Part shown: positions 27,055 through 40,399 of the stretch, one piece after another
Position numbering within the stretch: position 1 is the first letter of the stretch
Layout of the letters: each line of letters begins with the position of its first letter
Origin: Kudoa neothunni
Taxonomy: Eukaryota; Animalia; Cnidaria
NCBI GenBank assembly: GCA_964304625.1
Contig: OZ199839.1
Span: forward strand, 10,961,186 to 11,025,185
DNA: 64,000 bases
Reading direction: 5' to 3'
Made by a program: the position numbers and the translations under genes
Notes under the pieces: generated by a model
Told to the model about the DNA's origin: nothing
Database searches by the model: none
What the model saw: only the letters and a program-made list of their open reading frames with translations

Positions 27055-27116
27055 TTATCATATAAAATCTAAGAAATATTTTTCCTACCGTTCTAGAATA
27101 CGATATAAAAGAGGTA

Positions 27117-28605
27117 CAGTCGTCTCTGGATATTGCGTAATGAGTCGATACCAATACCAATTATATTTAAAATTAAATATGATACAGAAAGAAAATTAAT
27201 AATTTCATTTTATATAGTGATACCTGGATATTGCGCACTCTCTTTATATTACACAACAAAATGTCCCCTCATTATATGTATACCCTGGATATTGCGCAGT
27301 AGGCTATTGTGCAATATTATAAAAAGTTATGTGGGTTTTAACGGTTTTCAAATAACTGTTTTAAAATCTATTTAATGAATGGTAAAAACAGTCGAATTTT
27401 ACAGTATTTCCCGGGTTAAAATGTAGAATAATGGCCGCATGTATCGATTAAAGATTATAATTAGTTCGTACATTAATTCTACATCTTTTAAATTAAATTA
27501 ATGTTATATTTGTTGAACATTGAATGATAGGAATGAATGGATTTCATCCATCAAATTAATTTTTTAAATTAAATTTATAAAATCGCTACAATTAGTCATC
27601 TAATGCTGGTATAAAATTTGGAAAACCTATTCTTACAGACATGGAATTAATAATAGGAAATTGCTAAGGATGAAATATGACAATTGATCAACAATCACAG
27701 TTGTCACACTCACATTTTGGGATAAAAAAACATGCTTTACATGATCGATCAAATGTTATAGCCAGTGGAAATAACTGCGAAGGATTAACAGTTATTTATG
27801 ACGTATTACAGCAACTATTATTGATAACAAATACAATGCCTAAAATAACCTACTGGTTATGAAACGATGATAAATAAAGAAATTAAAATAATCCACAGGT
27901 TCGATTTTTATTGTAGCCACCGATTTGGGTTACGGCCACTATTCTACATTTTAACCACATAAATATTTATAAAACCAATTATAATCAATTAATATTTTTT
28001 ATCTCATTAAATAGTTACACTTATAGAAATTTTAATCTATTTCTGGTTATATAACCACATTTGAAAAACTACGTTTTGTAAGATTTTAATAAAACCCTAT
28101 ACAAGGAATCAAATACATGAAAAAACTTAATAGACGACTAATTACAGATTTTTTCAAACTGTTTTAATATGAAAATCTTTATTCTATAAAAAATCGTCGA
28201 AGACAATCTCAGAAGAAAAACAACTATTCACTGATTTAGAACTTTCCTCTAATAATAAATTTTTTGTACAGAGTATACACAATTTACATGAGGATAAATT
28301 TGGGGGTAAAAATTCAACCTCCAATTTCGTACACGCATTAGATAAGCTTTAAAACATTGTAAAAAAGATCCAAAAGGTCTACTCAATTTGTCTATAATTC
28401 ATGATAAAATTTCAAATATATTAAAAGATATAATTGTAGTAAAACCCACAACAAACTATTTTAAGTCATTGCATTAGTTATTTCAATAATATTTTACGTA
28501 AGTTTTATTTTGCGCATGCTCGATGCATAGATATTGCATATTGCATATTGCGATTGCGTACTAACTTGAATTCCCGGTTTGGTGTGCAATATGCGGAGAC
28601 GACAG
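27117..28605. mobile_element. Non-autonomous pogo/Tigger-like (Tc1-mariner superfamily) element with TA TSD
   Basis: TA|CAGTCGTCTCTGGATATTGCG on the left versus reverse complement TA|CTGTCGTCTCCGCATATTGCA on the right. ATATTGC subterminal motifs repeat at 27126-27300 and 28531-28551. Confidence 0.7.
27414..27956. mobile_element. 543-bp MITE (Merlin-like TIRs) nested in the pogo-like element
   Basis: 24-bp inverted repeats GGTTAAAATGTAGAATA(A/G)TGGCCG with one mismatch, laid out like the Merlin TIR at 60693. No TSD is visible. Confidence 0.7.
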
Positions 28606-29381
28606 TATATGATCACGAAATCAAATTTAGTTATTATGCAAACTATTTCTACATGGAAATGTGTTCCTAAATGGGATGACTGTGAGACCGATATTTTTAA
28701 TTATAACAACTATTTATAGGTGGCATACACAATTAACTATTTTAGAATCCATTATATTCCATTGTTAATTATTTATCGATAAACTCATAGTGACCAGAAA
28801 TAAATAAGTGTATGCAAATTGAACGTCTAAGAATTTTATTATCCATAGGAATAGCTAATTCCTTTGATTATATCACAAATTCATGTATTAACTCTTTAAA
28901 AATATATTATAACCCAATTATATTTATTAAAACGCAATAATTTTAAGTTAATCTTTCTTATCATCACAAATTTTGTAAAGACTATTGAAAGTTTTGGCGC
29001 CGCTTAATACGGGTCAATAATGATGTCTATATTTTTGTGTTTAAAACGACAAATGGATTTTGTGTTGTCTGTATTTTGTGTTTGTAGCTGGAGTCATTAT
29101 TCAAAATTTAATCCATTTAACCACGAGTTTCCGCGATTTCATTCGGAATAAAACACGTAAGTCCCCACCCACATCGATAACCGTCTCCTGACGTCATATC
29201 GCTTGTGAAATTGAGTCTATAAATATTCGTTAATATCATTAAATTCATTCGGAAAGTCGTATCACAACTAGGCTAGCACTTTTGTTGACGGAACAAATTG
29301 ATCTATGTATTCTTTCAAAATGGGGATAAGGATTAATAACCGAGTGTAGTTTGAGCGTTTGGAAGTTAGCAGATTCGCTAA

Positions 29382-30800
29382 ATGAACAGAAGTAAAAACG
29401 GTGGTAGCAGTGGTGGCGGTGGTGGTGGCAGTAGTAGTAGGAAAAAGGTAGCTAAAGATCCCAAATTATCCAGCTCTGCGGAGAAGAAAAAAAAAAAACC
29501 TACCATCACCAATGCTAGTGCCACTACCTCTTCCACCCCTACCGCAAGGACAAGTGTAGATTTGTCTTCAACTAACGTCAAAAAGCTTCCGCTAATGAAA
29601 CCAATCAAAAGACGCATTCCTATGTGTGTTCCTTTGAATATCAACCGTGATGAACGACTTTCAGGTTTGGAGTAATCCTAACACTCAACAATGGATGTAT
29701 TCATCTACCAAATGATGATTATGTTTAGTAGAGCTGGATGTTGGTCTTTAAAAGAGTGTGTTGATCAATTGAAAATCAATTTGGCTAGACTGGAGCGACT
29801 TAATTTGCTCAATATGAAGTGCTTGCTTAAACAGTCGGATGCGTTGGATGAGAACTTGATTCAAGATTTGGCTGCATCCCATCTCCAAACTGCCAAGAAT
29901 TTTAATCGTGGTATTGATGATTGCCGCGTTTCCATTGATATCCATATTTGTAGATAATATTAGATATTTCTATGATGTTGGTGTTCAAGATTATGCTCGT
30001 ATTAGACAGGAATATCTACCGTTAGATAGTCTGGAGGAGAGAGGATGTAAATCGAAATTTTTACTCACCTCACAACCACAGAAAATTTGTAAACATATTG
30101 AAAGAGTAGTCAAAATTGACACAGATACGAAGAAAGATAACACTCAAAGTATGGTTTTGTGTTATTTTGCAGAAGAATCGTTACTGATCATTCGTTCAAT
30201 GTTAGATCGACCTCGTAGATCTGTTAAGTCCACCTACAAATCAAGGTCCAAAAAAAAGACCACCCCACATAAAACCAGTGAAACTGTGCTACCTTGTTCG
30301 AATTTGGCTGTTAGTTGTTCGGATTATTGTGTTGATCGTATATTTAAAATATTAATATGTGTTACGTTTTTAATGATGACATCTGATCTTCGATTTCGAT
30401 AGACATCCAAAAGGATGAGAAACAAATTCTATTCAAAAGATGTCAATTTTCGATACCGCCTAGCGACCCGGTGGTTGTCGAACCACATTCTTGTGCGGAA
30501 ATATGCGATGAGTTGATAATGTTCACCAAACCAAATAGTGTTTACTGTGATAGACATGAAATATTAGACAATTTGTCCAACAAACAATCCATTAAGAAAC
30601 TATTGGCGGATATGTCGAATAGCGCGATGTTGGATACTTTTAATTTTGTTTCAGAAAAGTCTGAGTCCAATAAAATGTAAATTGTGGCCGTTATACAACC
30701 TCAATTATTGTTAAATCTATGTAGGACACCGAGCCAAGATGAAAATAATCCAACTAAATCCAATTTTGACTCTGAAAAAAATACAGAGCCCAACTCATAA
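29382..30800 (+). CDS. KANSL2/INO80D-family chromatin complex subunit (zf-C3Hc3H)
   Basis: LSGLDRAGCWSLKECVDQLKINLARLERL resembles [55 protein letters not shown]...C...YCDRH matches the C3Hc3H finger. Short GT-AG introns; Gly/Ser/Lys-rich N-terminus. Confidence 0.75.
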
Positions 30801-31542
30801 CTATTGTTTGTATACTGCGTGTTTTATGTTGATTTTGTTAGTCTTTGTTTTTTATAATTTATTTTTAAAATTTTGAGTATGTATCAGAATTTTTTTAGAG
30901 ACCTAGCAATGCCTGATCGTTTTCTATTCCTACAAAGAAAATTTACTAGTTTAACAGTTTGAATGGGAATTAAGAAGCGTAAATTTCTTTATTAACATTG
31001 TAATGTCGGTGCAATTAAACTAATATCATAACCATAGGTTTAATTGGAGTTAATTCGTTCCACTATTCCGCGGAGATATTTTTATTAAAATATATCCATG
31101 TTATAGGTTCATTTCTGGAAATAATATTTCCTAAGTTAAAATTAACAGAACGACATTAAAGTTGGCGTTATTTTGTTAAATAATATACAAACAAGGGTTA
31201 TAGGGGAAAAATTGATAAAATGCGAAACGAAATATGGTCTTAACATAGAGAGAATGTATTTTAACAATATAATATCACAACTTTGCTTAATCTAAATAAA
31301 AATTTATTTCATTTATAGTGATATGGAATGTATTAAATATTTTGAAATGAGGTCGAATTTTTTTCCACTATTATTTCGGTTCCTTACCAATAGAGCGTCC
31401 TTCTTGCTAAATTTTTTTGTTGCGATATTGGACCAGAGCTTATTTTGAAAAAATATATAGAATTATCACCTAGTTTTGTACTTTGTGTGGATTTTTTGTA
31501 AGATGAAATACGTCAATTTGCGAACCCACATAATTCTTTTAA

Positions 31543-33638
31543 TCCTCTAATGCGGTGTCCCAACGTGGGGACGTACAAAAATTTTGGTGGAACATACAAA
31601 TTTGTGAACGTTTAATGAACGCGGAAAATCCTGAGCATCATGTGGCATAGATAATGGTGAGTTAATTGAGCAGCATGAGGTAATAAGATAGGGTGTGACA
31701 CCTCAAAAACGACCTTCTGCGCATAGTTTTTCTTGTCAATTCTTTTACGATTTTTTATAATAAAATAAATGAATACCGAAAGATATATTTCAGATAATTA
31801 TGATATCATCTAATTTTGTTACAAAATTCAGAATACAACATCATCGATCATCGGTGGGTGCATTGAAATCTTTGTTAAATTTCCAATAACCAATGAAAAC
31901 ACAATTTATTTTGTATACACTAACTTCTAAATTGAGTATGTTCCATAATAGTATTTTTATTAACGGATCATCTCAAAATTATTCAACTCAGCCGTTTAAT
32001 TAAGCCTTACACATCTTACTTTAAATTATCTTCCCTATTTTTTCGTACGTCATTTTCGAACTTTTCTAAATAATAATACGATCAATTATTAATTACTCTA
32101 GTTTATAAATTTTTTTAGTTAATTTATCTCAATTATAAATAAGGTTATAATCATTATATCATCACAATTTTACCGTTAAATTTTTATAGTGACAATATAA
32201 GCAATTTTCTAACTTCATTACATTTAATAATTCTAAAAAAATGTTATAACAATTAATTTTTGAAGAATCATTTTTTATACAAGATTTTTACACTAAATAA
32301 AATGAAAAATATGAATCGTAATTTAACAATATATAATTAAACATTTACTATGTGTCATTTATTTTCATTGATAAATATAATCTTTAAATTGTATGTCCAA
32401 TCTTTTCTTATGTTTTTAAAAATAATTATTTCATTTTAAATTAAAGTAAATTTGCACCAACAAATTTTATAAATTAAGACTATGCATTCGAGATTTGGTC
32501 ATTTATTTAATTTCCCCGTTAAATTTTCAAATTTATAATTAAACAACAAAACTATAAAATCCAAAATTTCGCATAAACTCAACTATTCAAACCTGTTATT
32601 TGGCACAAAAACATTAGCATATCTTGTACCTTTACAACTTATGATTGATTCATAACTTTATCAGATAAAGAGTCCCATTTTAATCCAATTATCGTCCAAA
32701 AAAGACAAGAATAAAAATTCAATTTATTATCATTTTTTTTATTCACATTTTTTTCTTGTTAAAATAAGTGGTTTTTTCTTTTTAAATTTTGTTTAATAAA
32801 AAGATTTTCCCCACCTAAAAATAGATCCATTTTAAATCTCTTTTTTGAGAAGGGCGCAGAGTTGTCTTTGTAATTGGTAGAGGATCAGGAAACTAAAACG
32901 GATCGAGAAAAGCTGGTATACATGAAAGTCTTGCTTAATGCGAGCTAGATTACGAGTTTCACTTAACGCTGTTCTTGATAGAATGAAAATCTAATGATGC
33001 TAATTTATAAGGTAAGTCGGTAAATTAAGCTAAATTTGATTGAATGCGTTTTAATTTAAATGAGAATAGAAGTATATATTAATCACTTTCAAATTTGAAC
33101 GTGATATGAAGCTTGAATCAAAATTATAATCAGTTTAAATTATAAAATAAATACTTTTTAAATATGTTAGACTACTTTTTATTAAGAAAAGTGGCGCGAT
33201 AGAAAAAAGACTAGGAAACATTACTTTAACTGTTCCATCTTTAAAGATTTTTTAATTATATTTATTGGAAAACCAATTTGGAGTCTAATTTACCCCAGAG
33301 TCGGTTAGAGGTTGGATTTTTTAGCAATGAATAATTAATATTTGTTCACATAAATTTAAAAATATATTAGACAATAATTTAAGAAAATTACGCAAATTTA
33401 AATTCTATCAATAAGTTGGATAAAGTTTTATGAACAAGTTAATATCATTTTTGGGTTAAACGAACCCCAAGCTCTTTAGAGTAGCTCTTCCTAATTGAAA
33501 TTGTACTCGCATCTCCTCTTCATACGATAAAGCATAGCTGGCTCAAAATTTCTCATAAAATGCTTTTTAATATGGTTTAATATCGCACCCTCAAGTCTAT
33601 AATTCACTCTACCGGTTGAGACGTGCTGTTTTAGAGGG
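31543..33638. mobile_element. Possible TTAA-flanked piggyBac-derived element containing heavily decayed sequence (possibly a nested Mutator fragment)
   Basis: TTAA|TCCTCTAATGCGGTGTCCCAAC versus reverse complement TTAA|CCCTCTAAAACAGCACGTCTCAAC. No intact ORF inside. Confidence 0.35.
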
Positions 33639-34421
33639 TTAATAGAGGTTTTGGTGTTTACAATGTAGCATCCTGACGTAGTTGATTAGACTGAGAAGTT
33701 GTGGCTAAAAGCGCCAACTTCTTGAACATTTTGTAGACCAAAATGAGTCACATTTAACTCCTTACTTCATCATCTTTCGATTCTGTGTGAGTTAAACTCA
33801 TCAGAATTCTTCGTCTAGGGGCGTCCAAAACCCCTCAAACTTCAACTTCCTTGACTCTGTGGGACCTACCAGATTTCATTATCTTGTTCAACTCCGAAGA
33901 TTTAAGCATCTTATACAACCTTCCCCATAGAATCAAACTAAAACTTCAGGTAAATCAAACAAAATAGTGAGCGCACATACACGAACCACAGCTTCCATTT
34001 CTGAATGAAGCACATCGCAGAAGCAGTGATTTGATTTGAGGCGGGTTTCAACTTGGGATTTCACGAGTCGTAACTCAAGGTTAGGCACCTCTTCGTTGTT
34101 ATTTACTGAGATAATCCATGAAATCGCTTTCCATAGGTTCTTTCCCTCTCTTTTTCATCATATTAACTAATATTTGTCTCAACTAATTATGATGTTGGAA
34201 TTGTTAAACTAAATTATATAAATCCATTTATTTGGTTACGACTCTTCTATCAAAAGGGCCCTAAGTAACTTTTACAACAAAAGTAAATATTCCTCGCTCT
34301 CATCTTGATGTCTTTTTTGATGTCGCAATTACTTACAATACTCATTCTTAATACAGCAGATAGATAAGCATCTGCAAAAATTCAAAAATTGACGGTACAG
34401 GTGAACACAACATGCATCAAA

Positions 34422-36582
34422 TTAAAAATCTAATTCTAAAGGTTTAAGGTTTGGAGGTTTGAGTGTTGAATAATTTGATATGGGATACATTACAAGAATG
34501 TAATGATGATTGTTGAACCAGATTCTAGTGGTACCATGGAAAAAATCTCTAACGTCTAAGTTCCATAACTTAAATCGACTATATTTGATTTAAATGAAAA
34601 ACTCTTAAAAAATATATACTTTGTGATTCGGTCCCAGTTTTGTTTAATTGAAACTTCAGTATTGATGAACATAACCGTTGTTCGGTTAATTAATTCGTAA
34701 TAGCTAAAACCATTTCTGTTAAACTGGTTGGTGCAAACCGACCCGTTTAGATAGTTTGAATAACTCTTGTCAAAATCTTCAATGATGCTGGTATAATTAT
34801 TCGCAATCTTGCTCAATCTGAAAAAATATTTAAATATGTGTATACTTAAATTTACCTAATTAGGGATGTGAGAAATTCGTTGTAAGAATTGTCTTGAAGC
34901 CATGATGTATTGAAATGTTGCACGTAGTACGGATATTTTGGTCTGGGGGCGAAATGATGACGAAATAAGCTAGGACGCATAGTGTTGCCTCGCAACCCAG
35001 CATGAAAAGTTCTCGAGATATCTGGAGCAATGCAATCCCTGCCTTTTCTTCGTTTATTATTTCTCATCCAATAATCCCAGTCATAGTTGTGCGGGTTTTT
35101 CGACCAGCATGGTATAAGGTCTTTCTCGTAGATGCTTCTCAATAAAGCCCAACCTAATCCAGGCATAAAGTCGGTTCTAAAAATTCCAGTAGGATCGCCC
35201 AGAGTGTAGAGATAAGACTAAAATAATTAGCCTACAATTTTAAAAAAATTTTTATTATGTACTTGATCATTCCAAGCGGAGACACAATATAAACTTGGGT
35301 TGTGCCGAAGAAAGGGTATAGTTTCAGCCATAAAAAGCATAAAATCTGGAGCTACTTCTAGATCATCTTCCAAGATAATAATTTCACTGGCTTTTGGATA
35401 GCGGTTAAATGCCTTGATAAGCGACTCGCGATAATGCTACAAATTGGAGTTAAGAAAAATGAGCTAATGTTTATTCGATACATTGTTAACTGCACATATG
35501 CCAGTGCAAATATTCACATGGAAACTGTACTTTACATTGAACAATTTTACGACATCAATTGTTTCAGTATAGTTACCATCAATGAACACATGAACGTTAC
35601 CGGGATACACTCCTCTAATAGAAAGAAGAGATTGTAAACATAAGATAAGGTAGTATGGCCTTTTTGACGCCATTATTACAACTGGAGTGTTGATTAGGAT
35701 GTCATTAATATTTTTATTAACTTCTGAAGCGAACGGTTTATACGAGAAATCAATAGGAAGATGCTTATCACCTAACAATTGTTCAAATAAAAACCATGTA
35801 AGAGCATCAACTACACTCGCAGTATTGGGTGTATGAATCGTGTTTAGTGCAAAACTCATTTCTACGGTTGTAGGAAGGGGTGCTCGGCCAGGATGAGCAA
35901 TGTTTTGATCCTACTACTGGCGTCGTAGATTTTGGGCAGTCGAAGAAATATTCAACTTTTATGCAACCCATTCCACATATATTTTTTAATTTAAAATTAT
36001 TTCTATTTTTCTCAACCATAGACCTACTATCCACGTCACGCAAAAATATCCAACTTCCGGGTGGATGATTTTTATCAAGCTTACTGCCAAAGTATCGAAG
36101 GAGATTAACCAGTTTGTTTGAGAAATGATTGATTTGATAACTCTATATATAAATGAGTTGTTTCAATAGCGAAATATTACCATTGAAACTATCACTACTA
36201 TTCTGTTGGGAGGGAAACTACTCAATATATTGATCAGTTCTTCTTCATGTTCCCACCATTCAGCAATATTAAAATTTCTTTCGAATGTTTTTTTGTGGGT
36301 TAGTTTGTTTAGAGCGATCATAATAAGAAATTGATGTTCAAAAGTCAAATTTACTAAAGTTTTTGAGTTTAACGATACATTTAATCTATTTCGACAGTAT
36401 CTAACTTTTATAACCTATAAAGCTTTTAAGTCGTTTTAATGTTATATAAATACATTGTTGTGTTTCGGCGAACGTATGAGGGGTTTATTATAGGAATATT
36501 TGGTTATTGCTATGGCATTTGTTCTTTTTGTCATCACTAATAAAATTATTGCAAAGATTCCCACAAAAATAATAGGTTTCAT
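34422..36582 (-). CDS. POMGNT1: Protein O-linked-mannose beta-1,2-N-acetylglucosaminyltransferase 1 (GT13)
   Basis: Type II signal anchor MKPIIFVGIFAIILLV. Motifs PVVIMASKRPYYL, VFIDG, IIILEDDLEVAPDF, CVSAWND, MPGLGW, DWDYWMR..RKGRDCIAPDISRTFH and LWNLDVRDFFHG..KPP, plus the stem-domain CSSWP...RRNEFC typical of POMGNT1 rather than MGAT1. Confidence 0.9.
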
Positions 36583-37560
36583 TTAACTCCTTAATAAGAA
36601 AAACCGTTATTACATTCTAAAATATAATTTAACCTTTTTAGAACACAATGTGGAAGTTTCATCAAATTTAATTTGTTTATGCGGTGGTCTCAACTGAGCT
36701 AGATAGTTGAATAGTACCTGCTAGTGAATGAATCAACTCTAAATTAATCACACAATTTGTGATCTTCAATTAGCAGAGAGAAAATTAAAAAGATTTTAAA
36801 TGTTATCGTTCAAAAATAAGACCTTTTATGTATTTATTTTTGTTGATTCAATCGCTATCACCTAGAAACCATTCCACACAGAAAGTAGCAGAATATTAAT
36901 GTAACTTTTCGATAATTATCTCATCGAAATATACAACAATTATAATGGCATTAAACAAAAAATTATTTCCTCAACGATCACTTACAAAATGTTTGTTATA
37001 ATGTTAAGATTCGAGTACCACAAGTTAAAACAAGAACGACCAATAATTTCCAACAGCAACACCTCAATTAACCTTCTTGCGTGTTGGGAGTTAATTTGAC
37101 CCCAAAGGCAATAAATGTATAGCCGATTTGGAGGCGCTCGGAAGGTTCTCGCACATTATTTTCCCAACCCCACCAAAAGTCTGCACTACGTTTTGCGGAC
37201 TGTTTATGTATAAGCATTAAACAAACGATATCATTGGTGGTTATTTACGATTATATTTCTTTAGCGTAGATAAAACATTAAAAAATATTATATATTACAT
37301 CTTATACTGATAATATAGAGGAATTTAATGTTTGAAGATACTATTATTATTATTATTCTGATATAATGGATATTTTTAAATCTATGACAATAAATTTTCG
37401 ATATCCCAGCCTTATTATAAAAACTAATATACAATAATACAATTATTTTTAATTATTCAAATTTTCTAAAAAAATAGGTAAAAACACATTTGGTTATCTA
37501 TAATAGTCATAAGATTGGAAGTCAGCGCGTAAAAAACATCAAATTAATAACCTAACTAAT

Positions 37561-39205
37561 TTAGCAATATATCAAGTCGGGTTGGTTCAAGTAAAGCAAT
37601 AATAAAATTGCTATTATTGTTAAAACTGAAAATAATATTACACCAACATATTCCAACCAATCGAATCCTAAATAATGGTAGTAGCATTATTTCAGTTGTG
37701 AATTAACCCCAAACTATATTTTTTCTTGTTTTAATCGCTTCCTGTGTAAAGTAATGCTAAAGAATTGATCATAAACATTGTATAAATCAGGCATACAAGT
37801 TCATTCATTTTTGTGGGATTTCCGTTTGAAATATTTCGAATTGCGCTGCAATCACACACACTTCCCTCGTAATATGGGTAGTCCTCTTTAGTAAAAACAT
37901 TAATATTTATGAAATGAATCCAAAATTTTTACCTGAAACGCAGATTTTATAACACAAATTATGGCTAAACATGTAATTTAATTTTTAGACAAGCATAATG
38001 ATGTTTACAAAGTTAATGGTTGAGATTTTAGAGGACTGGTTTTAATATTTTCGCTGCATAACTTTCCAGTATAACCTTTTCTGCAATCACATATTATGTC
38101 ATCGCTTAAATTTTTCCTCTAAAAAATTCATTATACTTCAATAATAAGATTAAATATGATCAATTATTTGTATATAGTCATTTATACCTTCAGGATACCA
38201 TGATTTTGACATAGAGGATATTTTTCGTGGAGTGCTCCTAAAGTTATAGCAAATATATTTCACCAACGTAGATTACCATAATTTTCTTCACAATGAGGAG
38301 GTTTTTTGCCATTTTTACAGTATAGCTCTCCAGAGACTGGATCACAAAATTGCAAAGGTTCCGTTGCATTGCACTCAATACTACATCCAACTCCAAGTTT
38401 TGGCCAACAGAAGTAACTAAAAAATTAAAAAAAAGAATCCTACTGCGTATACATCGTTTTCTAATTTTTAAAATATTAAAAATACCTTATTGAAAAATTC
38501 ATAAGGCCGTGGCGCAGGATTCCCCGTAATCTAGGGAAATGTCGAACAACCATGGCCCTTCCATTGTAGCAAGGCAACTCCCATGCTTCAATTAACTGTG
38601 TACTTACACGCGCATAAATAATTATATTCATGCAAAGCTAAAAAATGAGTTCAAATTATTAAAGTAACACTAAAGTTTTAAATTTGTTAGCCATATAAAG
38701 TTTAAATGATAGTGAATACGAATTGAATCAATTCTTATAGAGGGATCCCATTATAAAATTTCATCTAATAATTATTGTTTTGTTTAAATAAAAAAAGTAA
38801 AATTAGCGATTAAATTGTATTAAATGAACAATAATTTTATAACGTATAAGCTAAGTTTTGTAAAATTTTTAAGATACTTGAATTGGAACTTCCATGCGAA
38901 TATTAATATCAAAATCTAATGGATCTAACACTAGCTTCTTCATGTTTTCATTTACTAATAATACGACAGATGTATTATTTATGTTATCTTGACCCACGAT
39001 ATTAATGAGTGATTCTCTTTCAACTCTAAACTCAACAAAATAGATTTCCTAAAATATAAATGCAAATTTTAGCGATTAAAATGATGTTTGTTTCACTAAG
39101 TATAAATACATTAGCGTCGGTAAATTCCCTTGGCGGTTTGTTTATTCTCAGACGACAATCATTTTTGTTCACAGTTAGTAAAATAAATAAAAATAATAAG
39201 CTCAT
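37561..39205 (-). CDS. Delta/Serrate/LAG-2 (DSL) domain type I membrane protein, Notch-ligand-like, about 10 short exons, absent from the ORF track
   Basis: Hand splicing at GT-AG gives: signal peptide MSLLFLFILLTV; an N-terminal region with LIEAW...NFSISYFC; a DSL exon (38416-38277) C-x7-C-x3-C-x8-C-x8-C-x8-C; an EGF CQNHG...CDCRKGYTGKLC; a TM segment YVGVILFSVLTIIAILLLLYL; and a short tail. One A must be removed near 38980. Confidence 0.8.
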
Positions 39206-40399
39206 AATTTCTAGTGATGTTTAATATTTCAGATTAGAGCCAGAATTATACTCAATCACTAAAAAGTTGGTTTCCTTTGTGGGGATAAATGAGCAAATCC
39301 TTAGTAGATTGTAGATATGAAATCCTTTTTCAGTTATAATTGCGTTAAATAGTATAATTTTTCTCGTACAATCTTACGATTGACTTTATCTTGATTAAAA
39401 TTGAGAGATTTATAAAACAAGTAGTCGATGTCTATAATTGGAGTTATCCATGAAATGTGGCTTTATTGTTTCCATTAAGAAATGAATAAAGCAAAAATTA
39501 TTTAATAAAAATGCAGTCAAAATTATTTAAAGTTTCGCACTAATACCTGGCATCATTTCGAATACCTGACATTGCAAACTTCATCATTGATAGGTTTATG
39601 TCATTATCACAACTTAACACGTTTTCTCTTTATTTTCGAAAAAACTATTTCCGATATACTTGAGGTAAGACTATATTTCATAAAAAATATAAAGGTTCAA
39701 CATATCATTTAACATCGAGCCATTTAACTTTGAATCTATGAAACAACATAGGATCAAGTAGGATTTGGAAAACTTGTAAAAGATGTGAGTCTATTTTTTG
39801 AAACAGCATCTTTTCTTCCGAAGCAAAAGTAATTCCTTGTTATAGATTTGGTACTTCTATTTAACAAGGCGCAAATAACACTAGCTTTATTTAATGTGTA
39901 TTATTTTTTCGTCAATCTCAAAATTTTGATGAATATCACTTAGGATGCTCCAGTTCAGAGTTTTTCGGTTTTGGGTGTACGAATCAAATATAGCAAATAA
40001 CAAATGAAATTCTCAAAATTAACCTAACATTATTTATTTTGGCAATTATGATAAAAACATTAATTTGAATTTATGTTCTCATTTTTTATTTGTTGATTTA
40101 ACAGGTAAATATCATTTAAATAAACTAATAAAATATCTGCTATTATTAATTCTCATTTTTACTTTACATAAATTAATACCTAAATAATTGTGATAACATG
40201 AACTTCTTAACTATGAATTTATAGTGAAAATATAAAAAATTACGTAAATAATTATTTCAAATGGAATAATTGTACATTTTTCAATTTCTAGGGATGAGGT
40301 CAAGATATTTTATTAATAACAAAATTATGTTAGAACTAAATATCTCTGTTTAATTTTTAAGTCGTTCCTTTCGTATAATTGTTATTCTTTTAGCATCGT

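Noticed and set aside
33660-34140. GC-richer patch, possibly a LINE endonuclease fragment or ncRNA
   Set aside because: Only a weak CLNLRS-like motif with stops; neither call can be supported.
38985-39005. Plus-strand LDPRY motif suggesting a hAT transposase
   Set aside because: It lies antisense within exon 2 of the DSL gene; a chance match.
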